A DNA stretch of 52,024 bases from a virus (lineage: Duplodnaviria; Caudoviricetes). The first letter of the stretch is position 1; every line of letters begins with the position of its first letter. Position numbers and translations under genes: made by a program. Positions 8,287 to 16,516 of this stretch are shown here, piece by piece. A model generated the notes under the pieces. That model did no database searches. It was not told the origin of the DNA and saw only the letters and a list, made by a program, of their open reading frames with translations. The stretch lies in the IMG/VR virus record IMGVR_UViG_3300017912_003772, positions 1 to 52,024 of that record. One strand, given 5' to 3'.

Positions 8287-10490
8287 TGGCAAGAGTAAAC
8301 GAAGGTACATATAAAGATTTATTTAATGATGCAAGAAAAGATAGAGCCTTTTTGCCTGGCATTTACTATGGTAAAGTTATAGATAACGTTGATGTAAACA
8401 GTACAGGTAGAATTAGAGTTAAAATAGATTTTTTACACAGAGACCCAAAACAAAATCGTTTTATAGATGCAAGATGGCTACATGCTTTTGCAGGTTCTAC
8501 TAACCCAGCAGACACGTCACCAGAAATAGATGACTATGACAAAGCCATGAAAACATATGGTATGTGGGTGCAACCACCTGATATTGGAAACATGGTGCTA
8601 ATTGCATTTGCTGACGGTAACCCTAAAAATGCTTTTTGCTTAGGTGCTATGCTACCAGATCAGTACAATATGATGATACCTGGAATGCCTTCAGGAAAAA
8701 CATTTGAAGCAGAAAGTTTTAATTTACCCACTGTAGAAAAAAACAAATTCTCTGACGATCCAAGCAATGAGATGAATGCAAAAAGACCTGTGCATCATCC
8801 TTTTGCAGAAGCAATTACAATTCAAGGCCTTATCAATGACCCTGTGAGGGGAATTGGTACCTCTGGTGCAAGGCGAGAATCCCCCAGTGATGTATTTGGT
8901 ATTTTAACAAAAGGTGTCAGAGATAAATCTGATCAAAGCAAAGTTATTCAAGCAGGCCACCAATTTGTTATGGACGACAATCCTAACAGTAAAAATATAA
9001 GGATAAGAACAGGCTCAGGAAATCAAATATTACTTGATGATACTAATGGTATTATCTATATGATTAACAAAGGCGGAAAAGCATGGGTAGAATTAGACAT
9101 GCTGGGCAATATTAATTTCTTTGGCGAGGGCTCAATAAATTTCAGAGCAAAAGGTGATTTTAATTTAAGAGCAGATAAAAATATAAACATTGAAGCAGGT
9201 AATGATTTGAATTTAAAAGCAGTAGGAGATAATGATGCAGGTGGTTACAAAGGATTACCTGGAGCCTTAACTGCTATAGGTGTTCCTCCACTTGGAACTG
9301 GAGGTAATATAAAATTTGATGCCGCGGCAGATATGGGACTATTTGCAAATCTTAATGCACAATTAACTGCTAATGGCGGAGATATAGATTTAAGTTCAGG
9401 TGGTAGAACATCAATGACTGCAAGTGGTCCATTAGGCATTAACATGAATGCACCTTTAGGTCCTATTGCGGCACAAAGTACCTTGACAACTACATTTAAC
9501 GCATTAGGCGGATTTGGTGTGACTTCTGGAACACCAGCAAGTATTATGGCTCCAATGATATTATTAAATTCAGGAGGCATACCAGCAATACCACCCTTGC
9601 CATCAGTACCAGCACCAAGAATAAGTGGTACACCACAAAGAGATCAATCCAGTACTCCGCCTAAGTATAGAAACGACAGCAGTGGATTTGGCATAGACTC
9701 ATTTGAATTAGATACTGCCAAAGATGGAGTAATTTTGCCTGAAGGTGGTTTACGTCCAAAACAAGGTGATGACATTACTACCAGTGTAAGTGTATTAATT
9801 ACTGCAGAACCTTATGACGGACATGCACAATTTGATCAAGAACAAGAGGATTCGTCCTCGTACACAGAAGATACCACAGCAGATAGTCAAACAGGCAAAG
9901 ACGCAATAGAACCAGGCGATACACCAACTGCTGATACACCAGATGGATTCAAAGCACAAGACGTAGCAGGTGCTGTTGGTGGTGCTGTTAATAGTGTTAA
10001 CAATGCAGTTTCATCAGCAACAGGTGCCGTTGATTCTGCGGTAGGTAGTGTACAAAGTGCAGTAGACAACGCAATTGACGGAGCAATATCGTCAGCAACA
10101 GATGTTGTAAAAGGACAATTATCAGGATATCAAGACTTATTACCAGACCAGTTTAGTAATTTCAACTTTGCGGCTCTTAAAAATATAAACGGTTTAGGTT
10201 CGGTAATGAATTTAGCACAAGATTTTGGCATTGCAATACCACCTATTAGATTTCAAACTTCAAATGCAATGTCAGAAAAAATTATTGGTATAACAAAAAC
10301 ATTAAAAGATGCAGAAGCAAGATTAAATAAATTTGCATTAGACATATCAAATTTACCTATGGACATACAAGGTGCCGCTGTAGGAGAAGTAGAAGGACAA
10401 ATCAAAGGTGCAATAGATTCGGCCGCGGCAAAAGTTAATGGTGCAACAACCACAGGAAACACTGGAGGGGCACCAGATGGAGGTACTTAA
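8286..10490 (+). CDS. gp5: Baseplate central spike, gp5/VgrG-like
   Basis: N-terminal OB-fold motifs (GRIRVKI; PPDIGNMVLIAFADGNP), GHQFVMDD and IRIRTGSG, then beta-helix-like repeats (INFRAKGDFNLRADKNINIEAGNDLNL); long non-canonical C-terminus. Confidence 0.8.
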   Translation: MARVNEGTYKDLFNDARKDRAFLPGIYYGKVIDNVDVNSTGRIRVKIDFLHRDPKQNRFIDARWLHAFAGSTNPADTSPEIDDYDKAMKTYGMWVQPPDIGNMVLIAFADGNPKNAFCLGAMLPDQYNMMIPGMPSGKTFEAESFNLPTVEKNKFSDDPSNEMNAKRPVHHPFAEAITIQGLINDPVRGIGTSGARRESPSDVFGILTKGVRDKSDQSKVIQAGHQFVMDDNPNSKNIRIRTGSGNQILLDDTNGIIYMINKGGKAWVELDMLGNINFFGEGSINFRAKGDFNLRADKNINIEAGNDLNLKAVGDNDAGGYKGLPGALTAIGVPPLGTGGNIKFDAAADMGLFANLNAQLTANGGDIDLSSGGRTSMTASGPLGINMNAPLGPIAAQSTLTTTFNALGGFGVTSGTPASIMAPMILLNSGGIPAIPPLPSVPAPRISGTPQRDQSSTPPKYRNDSSGFGIDSFELDTAKDGVILPEGGLRPKQGDDITTSVSVLITAEPYDGHAQFDQEQEDSSSYTEDTTADSQTGKDAIEPGDTPTADTPDGFKAQDVAGAVGGAVNSVNNAVSSATGAVDSAVGSVQSAVDNAIDGAISSATDVVKGQLSGYQDLLPDQFSNFNFAALKNINGLGSVMNLAQDFGIAIPPIRFQTSNAMSEKIIGITKTLKDAEARLNKFALDISNLPMDIQGAAVGEVEGQIKGAIDSAAAKVNGATTTGNTGGAPDGGT

Positions 10491-10492
10491 AA

Positions 10493-11113
10493 ATGCTTAA
10501 CGTATCAATGAGCACTAACTGGACATCAGATGATGTTGCCAGATTTATGGAAATACTATCTCAAGAATTAGAAGAGGTAGGCATCACAATCACAATAGAC
10601 GAAGGCTCTATAATTTACACGCATGAGAAATCTGGTATAAAAATTGTAGACGTTTCAAATGGTATTGGTCCAGTAGGAACAATGTTAGGCATGATGAGCA
10701 CTTTTAATGAAATAGGCGAAGCAATAAAAAATTTAGTTACTGTAGTACTTAGCGACAATCAATTGGCCGCACTAATAAGTTTTGCATCTCATATTAAAAT
10801 TGAAAATTTTACAAGGTCAGCAGTATTAACAGAACTCAACAAAGGCAACTATGCGGCTGTACCTAAACTTATGCAACGTTGGAGAACTGGAAAATTACAA
10901 AACGGTAAAGTTGGTATTAGGCAAGACTATGTTGCAAGAAGATTATATGAAGGTGAATTGTTTAGAACACCAGATTGGTTAGAATATAGACAAATAATGA
11001 ATAGTGGGCAAATGCCACAGAATGCTAACTTTATGCAAATGTACACCAGATTAAAGTCTGCTAAAAAGGAAGCCTTTAAAAGAGACTATCCTGCTGTTAA
11101 ATGTCCTTTTTAG
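10493..11113 (+). CDS. GH24 lysozyme-like protein with a divergent catalytic region
   Basis: C-terminal lobe motifs LSDNQLAALISF, LNKGNYAAV...W and RRLYEGELF; own GGAGG Shine-Dalgarno; follows gp5. Confidence 0.7.
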   Translation: MLNVSMSTNWTSDDVARFMEILSQELEEVGITITIDEGSIIYTHEKSGIKIVDVSNGIGPVGTMLGMMSTFNEIGEAIKNLVTVVLSDNQLAALISFASHIKIENFTRSAVLTELNKGNYAAVPKLMQRWRTGKLQNGKVGIRQDYVARRLYEGELFRTPDWLEYRQIMNSGQMPQNANFMQMYTRLKSAKKEAFKRDYPAVKCPF

Positions 11114-11285
11114 TTAGGTGACTGATTCGCCTGTATGCATCATATTTTCCCTTTTGTTCAGTTGCAACTGACTGCTCCAGCATCTTAACTCTGGCCCTTA
11201 GATCATTGTTTTCTTTTTTCAAATCTATTAACTGTCGCCGCAATTCTTCCTCAAGGGTATCGTTTAAAGTTTTGTAATTGTCCAT
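11097..11285 (-). CDS. Small coiled-coil hypothetical protein
   Basis: 62 aa with heptad pattern LRRQLIDLKKENNDLRARVKMLEQ; co-oriented just downstream of the hydrolase; its 3' end overlaps the lysozyme-like gene by 17 nt. Confidence 0.65.
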   Translation of the reverse strand: MDNYKTLNDTLEEELRRQLIDLKKENNDLRARVKMLEQSVATEQKGKYDAYRRISHLTKKDI

Positions 11286-11293
11286 TAAGAAAT

Positions 11294-11902
11294 CTACTGT
11301 GTAATTATTTTATGTAATATGTCTGTTACAGTATTATTTAACAATACTCCGCTGTGACCTGCTTCAATAAAGGAATTTTCAGTGTTTTTGAAATTTGCTG
11401 GTGTTTTACTTTGGCTATCACAACTGATCATTCCATCATTTGCTTGTCCGCCCATTCCTGCAACTGGATTGCCGCCTTGTGTACACACAATATTAGTGTG
11501 AGGACCTTCAAAAGTTTTTTCGCTTAACAATGCAAGTACTTCAGATCCTGGGCGAGTGTTTTTAAACACATTTGCATTTCTAAAAAAGTATCCAAAAATT
11601 CTTGCTACTGGTGTCCCGTCCCACGGAGTAGCAATAGTAACCAAATGTTTTACATCTTTTGGGTACACACTTGCATACCACGATGCTAAAATGCCGCCAA
11701 AACTGTGACCTACTAAGATTACTGGCTTATTTGTATCTAATTCTCTTTTTCTGCGAAATTTTACATACTCAACAACGTCATAAGGGTCATCATCCATGCT
11801 GTAAACTGGCCGTATAAAGTGATGTTCAGGTAATTTTAACGTAAAATAGTTAAAATTTTCAGCATTTGCATTAGCACCATGTATGTAGATCACTTGATTC
11901 AT
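11294..11902 (-). CDS. Alpha/beta hydrolase (lipase/esterase-like)
   Basis: IHG oxyanion motif, GHSFG nucleophile elbow, IATPWDG, catalytic Asp in NDGMI and His in AGHSG. Confidence 0.88.
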   Translation of the reverse strand: MNQVIYIHGANANAENFNYFTLKLPEHHFIRPVYSMDDDPYDVVEYVKFRRKRELDTNKPVILVGHSFGGILASWYASVYPKDVKHLVTIATPWDGTPVARIFGYFFRNANVFKNTRPGSEVLALLSEKTFEGPHTNIVCTQGGNPVAGMGGQANDGMISCDSQSKTPANFKNTENSFIEAGHSGVLLNNTVTDILHKIITQ

Positions 11903-11908
11903 CTCTAT

Positions 11909-11936
11909 ATTATACTTATATCTTTTAAAAAGTCAA
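11909..11936 (-). promoter_or_regulatory. Sigma70-type promoter for the hydrolase island
   Basis: Minus strand TTGACT (11936-11931), 16-nt spacer, TATAAT (11914-11909); ATG lies only 6 nt further. Confidence 0.7.
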
Positions 11937-11953
11937 CCTAATTAAAACTATAG

Positions 11954-11972
11954 TTAATGAATTCGATAAATA
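11954..11972 (+). promoter_or_regulatory. T4-type late promoter (GATAAATA) with an upstream TTAATGAAT element
   Basis: GATAAATA at 11965-11972; ATG at 11978 after 5 nt; near-identical to 4214-4232. Confidence 0.75.
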
Positions 11973-11977
11973 CATGT

Positions 11978-12349
11978 ATGGCACTATTTAAAGGAATGAG
12001 TACAGTAGATCGTTCAGGTCCACCTTACAGTATTGTGGATGCTGAATTAGTGAAAAGAGATTTATTAAACGAACTCTACACTAAAAAAGGCGAACGTGTA
12101 ATGAGACCAAACTTTGGTTGTATAGTTTGGGATTTGCTTATGAATCCAAACACTCCTGATTTGCAGGAAATGGTAAAAGAAGATATTACAGGAATTATAG
12201 ATAGAGATCCTCGAGTAGAACTTAACAACATCAATGTTTTTATAGGGGATCAGAGCATTAGAGCAGAAGTTGAAATATTTTATAATGTAATCAATGATGC
12301 CGACATTTTATATTTAGAGTACTCTAATATAGGCGAGGACAATTTATAA
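11978..12349 (+). CDS. gp25: Baseplate wedge subunit, gp25/GPW-like
   Basis: LLNELYTKKGERVMRPNFGC and DPRV motifs; precedes gp6. Start moved to ATG 11978, just after the late promoter. Confidence 0.9.
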   Translation: MALFKGMSTVDRSGPPYSIVDAELVKRDLLNELYTKKGERVMRPNFGCIVWDLLMNPNTPDLQEMVKEDITGIIDRDPRVELNNINVFIGDQSIRAEVEIFYNVINDADILYLEYSNIGEDNL

Positions 12350-15300
12350 TGGCGATAGTTGATAGACAAAATAATTTATTTGCGGCAGAAGACTGGAAAG
12401 TAGCATATCAGGCCTACAGCAAAATAAATTTTAAAGCATATGATTTTAATACCATGCGTTCAGCAATGGTTGATTATGTGAGAATTAATTTTCCTGAATC
12501 ATTTAATGATTATATCGAAAGTTCAGAGTTTATTGCTATAATTGAATTGTTAGCATACCTATCTCAGAGTTTAGCATTTAGAGTAGATCTTAATGCCAGA
12601 GAAAACTTTTTAGAAACAGCAGAGAGAAGAGATTCAGTTTTTAAACTTGCAAGAATGCTTGGTTACAATCCAAGAAGAAATATACCTGCAAGTGGATTAG
12701 TAAAAATTGTTTCTGTGAGAACATCAGAAGATTTAGTTGATAGTCAAGGAAATGATTTACAAAATCAAAATGTTTTTTGGAACGACGTTAACAATTCAGA
12801 CAATTACGAACAGTTTCTAACTATTATAAATTCAGCAATGGGCGGTAAATGTAGATTTACTGCACCAGTCAACGAAGGAACGATTCAAGGAATTCCTATA
12901 GAAAAATATGAAATCAATACTACAGTAAATTCACCAGTGGCTTTTGGCTTTGGTTCAACTGCTGGAGGTAAATCAAGACAATTTGAAGTAGTAAACGGAG
13001 ATTTCTTTGACAATCAGTATGTGTATGAAGAAGCACCAGATCCAGCAAAAAGGTTTGGCTTCTACTACAGAAATGACAGTCTTGGGTTGAACAGCGAAAA
13101 TACTGGTTTCTTTTTATACATCAAGCAAGGTACATTAACATTTGAAGATTTTAATTTTGTACAACCTGTTGAAAGTAGAGTACAGGATATTACAACAAGA
13201 AACATCAATGAGTTTGATGTTTACTTACAAGAAATAAACAATCAAGGTATTGTGTTAAATCAATGGACTAAAATACCTAACACAGTAGGTCAGACACTTA
13301 ATTACAATAGCCAAAATTTAGGCACAAGAAACTTATATGCTATAGAAAATTTAAACAACGCAGGTATAAGATTAAAGTTTCCAGATGGCAACTTTGGAAA
13401 TATACCATCAGGAGTTTATAGAGCATGGTTTAGAACAAGTGATAACGAAAGATATTCTATAAAACCTACAGAAATGCAAAACAAAAGTGTTACTATACCA
13501 TATAACAACCAAGCAGGTGAAACACATAGGCTTACACTTACATTTAGTTTAGAAAGTGCAATTAATAATTCGTTGCCTACTGAAACATTAGCAAATATAA
13601 AATCAAGAGCACCACAAACTTATTATACACAAAATAGAATGATAAGTGCTCAGGACTATAATGTATTTCCATTAAGTCAAAGTTCTAATATTAGAAAATT
13701 AAAAGCAACAAATAAAACACATGCTGGGCATAGTAGATATATTGATATAAATGATCCTACCAGCACGTTCCAAAGTGTTGATACATTTGCACAAGATGGA
13801 TTTTTAATTAAAGAAGTAAACAATATAAGTAAAAACTTTGTTGTAGATACAAATAATTCTGCAAACGATATTACAAATAATGTATTTCCGCTTTACTTAA
13901 AAGAATCATCTTTTAATAATTTTGTTTATGACGAAGTTAGAAGAACATGGAGAAACTTTGTACCATCAAAGTTTGAAACTAAATCTCTTAATGCCAGATG
14001 GAAGCCTTTACCGGTAGCAACTTCAAGTGCTACAGGTTATATGACAGAAACATTTAGTAGTGGAGATGGTTCAACTGTAGTTTTAGCAAACAACACAGAA
14101 TCCACAAGAGTGTTTTCTGAAAACAATTTTATAAAATTTGTAAACACATCTGATATATCCCAATACAAATGGGTTAGAGTGGTATCAGTTGCTAACAACG
14201 GTTTACTATCCAGCGGATTAAGTACCAGTGTTGGTTCGTTTACATTGAGTGATAGCATAAACGACGGCTGGAGAGCAGAAGAAGTTATTGTTACTCCAAG
14301 AAAAGTGTTCAACTCAACTGAAGCGGCAAGAGTTCAAGATGAAATAATTGCCAAACGTACATTTGGTATAGGTTTTGACGTTACTCTTGATGAGTTTTAT
14401 GTTATACAAAATGAAAACTTAAACGCAAATGGTGTTTATGCAGTAAGTAATGCAAGAGATACATCTGCAACAAGCAAAGATGCAAGTTGGCTTATACTTT
14501 GCGAATACATACCAGTAGACAATAGCAGTTATTCATACAATGTTACATTACGTGGTTTAGATTACGTGGTACAAAGTAAAAACGAATTAAAGTTTTACAA
14601 TATTAAAAATGTTAAAACTGTCGACTATACAACAAAAGCAGTACAAGATAAAATTACGTTCACAACACTTAATCATAAACCTGGTACTGTAGAAGAATTT
14701 ATATGGGAAGATTCAGGCGTAGACGGTATTGCCGATGCATGGCAAGGTTCTCAGACAGGTGCGTATCATGATCCTATAGGAGTATTAACACAAATACCAC
14801 TCAAAACCAGAGATGTTAAATGGTATGATATAGCAGTTAAGTGGAAAAGTAATTTTGGCCTTATGAGAAATGACGGTATCACCGATGATCATACTCCAGC
14901 AAATATTTTAGTAAAAAATAGATTTGTTAATAATGCTAATGTTACATTAACAACATATTTCGATGACGGCGATGTGTCAACATCAAATGTTAGAATTGCA
15001 AACAACGATGGTAGAGTTTCAAAGATACCATATAATTTTAGTTTTAACTTTGACAACACTACGTTTGGTTACAATATATTTGACAACAACGGAAATATCA
15101 CTTACAAACATTTAAACCCTGATTCTAATGCAGTAGAAATTTTTCACGGTAATGCAAGTATATTCACATACGGCGCAGATGGTTTAACTGCAAATGCAAC
15201 TGCTAATGGTATTATTACATTAAGTAATGCAAATGCAACTGCTGAAACAGGAACATTAACTTATACAAGACTTGATACTAACAATTACTTGTATGCAACT

Positions 15301-16515
15301 GATATTTCTGGTGCCAGATCTGCAGACAGAATTTTAGTAGAGTACAAATTAGATAAATCTCAACTCGACGAAGATATTGTATGGGAAATTGTTGACAACT
15401 ATCAATATAACGACGGTTACACAGACCCAAGAAAAGTAAAAGTTGCACCAATAGACAGCGATAACGACTTAGTGCCTGACAGACCTTTGCAATTTAACGA
15501 ATTTGCAGAAGAAACAGATTTTGTAATTTACGAATATTACAAAGATTTTGATGGTTATTCATATGACAGGCCAGTGAGCGGTGTGTTTGTTGATTATAGA
15601 AACGAAACAAGTATAACACAAGATGGTACAAACTTGTCACCAGGTAGTTTTACTAATAACACGCCGTGGTCAACTATTAATTATATTCTGGTTGATACAT
15701 TAGCAATAGCAAACACTCTTGAAAACATAAACGGATATTATAAAAATATCAAAGTTTACATTAAAGAATTAGACAAAGTGTACAAACTTACTGCAAGTAG
15801 CACAGATGCAAACAACGTTACATTAGTTGATGCTTCTGATGACTTCTTAGTAAAGAAAGGTAGAGGTGCTACACAAAATACAGCATTGGTTGAGCAACAA
15901 CCATGTATGATTAAATGGAGTCATACTGCTCCTAATGATGTTAGAATAGATCCAAGCATTAGCAACATTGTAGAAATGCTGGTTTTAACAAACAGTTATT
16001 ATGATGATATATTAAAATATATTAATGTACCAGGTACACAGTATCCATTGTCGCCTACAAATTATGAATTAGAAAATGAATTTGAAAAATTAGACGATTA
16101 CAAAGGTGCCAGTGATAGTATTGTTTTTAGAAGTGCAAAATTCAAAAGAATTTTTGGCACTGATGCAGAAATCAGTTGCCAAGCAAAATTTAGAGTTGTA
16201 AAATTAGACGGTAGTACATTAAGTGATAATGACTTGAAATCACAAATAATAAGTGCATTCAACGAATACTTCAATGTTGATAATTGGGAGTTTGGTGAAA
16301 CTTTCTACTTTACAGAACTAAGTTCATTTGTACATCAAAGACTTGGTAGCAATATTGGTAGTATTGTAATTATTCCTAAAAATACATCTGGTAAATTTGG
16401 AGACTTGTTTCAAATTAAAGCACAACCAGATGAACTGTTTATTAACACAGCAAAAGTTAGCGATATAGAAATCGTAAGCAAAATTTCTTCACAAACATTA
16501 AGGGTCGATAGATAA
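12349..16515 (+). CDS. gp6: Baseplate wedge subunit, gp6-like, about twice the T4 size
   Basis: YDFNTMR, FNDYIESSEF, ENFLETAERRDSV..LARMLGY, FPDGNFG and QNRMISAQDY motifs; C-terminal WEFGETFY. Confidence 0.88.
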   Translation: MAIVDRQNNLFAAEDWKVAYQAYSKINFKAYDFNTMRSAMVDYVRINFPESFNDYIESSEFIAIIELLAYLSQSLAFRVDLNARENFLETAERRDSVFKLARMLGYNPRRNIPASGLVKIVSVRTSEDLVDSQGNDLQNQNVFWNDVNNSDNYEQFLTIINSAMGGKCRFTAPVNEGTIQGIPIEKYEINTTVNSPVAFGFGSTAGGKSRQFEVVNGDFFDNQYVYEEAPDPAKRFGFYYRNDSLGLNSENTGFFLYIKQGTLTFEDFNFVQPVESRVQDITTRNINEFDVYLQEINNQGIVLNQWTKIPNTVGQTLNYNSQNLGTRNLYAIENLNNAGIRLKFPDGNFGNIPSGVYRAWFRTSDNERYSIKPTEMQNKSVTIPYNNQAGETHRLTLTFSLESAINNSLPTETLANIKSRAPQTYYTQNRMISAQDYNVFPLSQSSNIRKLKATNKTHAGHSRYIDINDPTSTFQSVDTFAQDGFLIKEVNNISKNFVVDTNNSANDITNNVFPLYLKESSFNNFVYDEVRRTWRNFVPSKFETKSLNARWKPLPVATSSATGYMTETFSSGDGSTVVLANNTESTRVFSENNFIKFVNTSDISQYKWVRVVSVANNGLLSSGLSTSVGSFTLSDSINDGWRAEEVIVTPRKVFNSTEAARVQDEIIAKRTFGIGFDVTLDEFYVIQNENLNANGVYAVSNARDTSATSKDASWLILCEYIPVDNSSYSYNVTLRGLDYVVQSKNELKFYNIKNVKTVDYTTKAVQDKITFTTLNHKPGTVEEFIWEDSGVDGIADAWQGSQTGAYHDPIGVLTQIPLKTRDVKWYDIAVKWKSNFGLMRNDGITDDHTPANILVKNRFVNNANVTLTTYFDDGDVSTSNVRIANNDGRVSKIPYNFSFNFDNTTFGYNIFDNNGNITYKHLNPDSNAVEIFHGNASIFTYGADGLTANATANGIITLSNANATAETGTLTYTRLDTNNYLYATDISGARSADRILVEYKLDKSQLDEDIVWEIVDNYQYNDGYTDPRKVKVAPIDSDNDLVPDRPLQFNEFAEETDFVIYEYYKDFDGYSYDRPVSGVFVDYRNETSITQDGTNLSPGSFTNNTPWSTINYILVDTLAIANTLENINGYYKNIKVYIKELDKVYKLTASSTDANNVTLVDASDDFLVKKGRGATQNTALVEQQPCMIKWSHTAPNDVRIDPSISNIVEMLVLTNSYYDDILKYINVPGTQYPLSPTNYELENEFEKLDDYKGASDSIVFRSAKFKRIFGTDAEISCQAKFRVVKLDGSTLSDNDLKSQIISAFNEYFNVDNWEFGETFYFTELSSFVHQRLGSNIGSIVIIPKNTSGKFGDLFQIKAQPDELFINTAKVSDIEIVSKISSQTLRVDR

Positions 16516-16516
16516 T

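Noticed and set aside
10480-10495. Programmed frameshift or read-through fusing gp5 to the lysozyme-like ORF
   Set aside because: The downstream ORF has its own GGAGG and ATG, and there is no convincing slippery heptamer.
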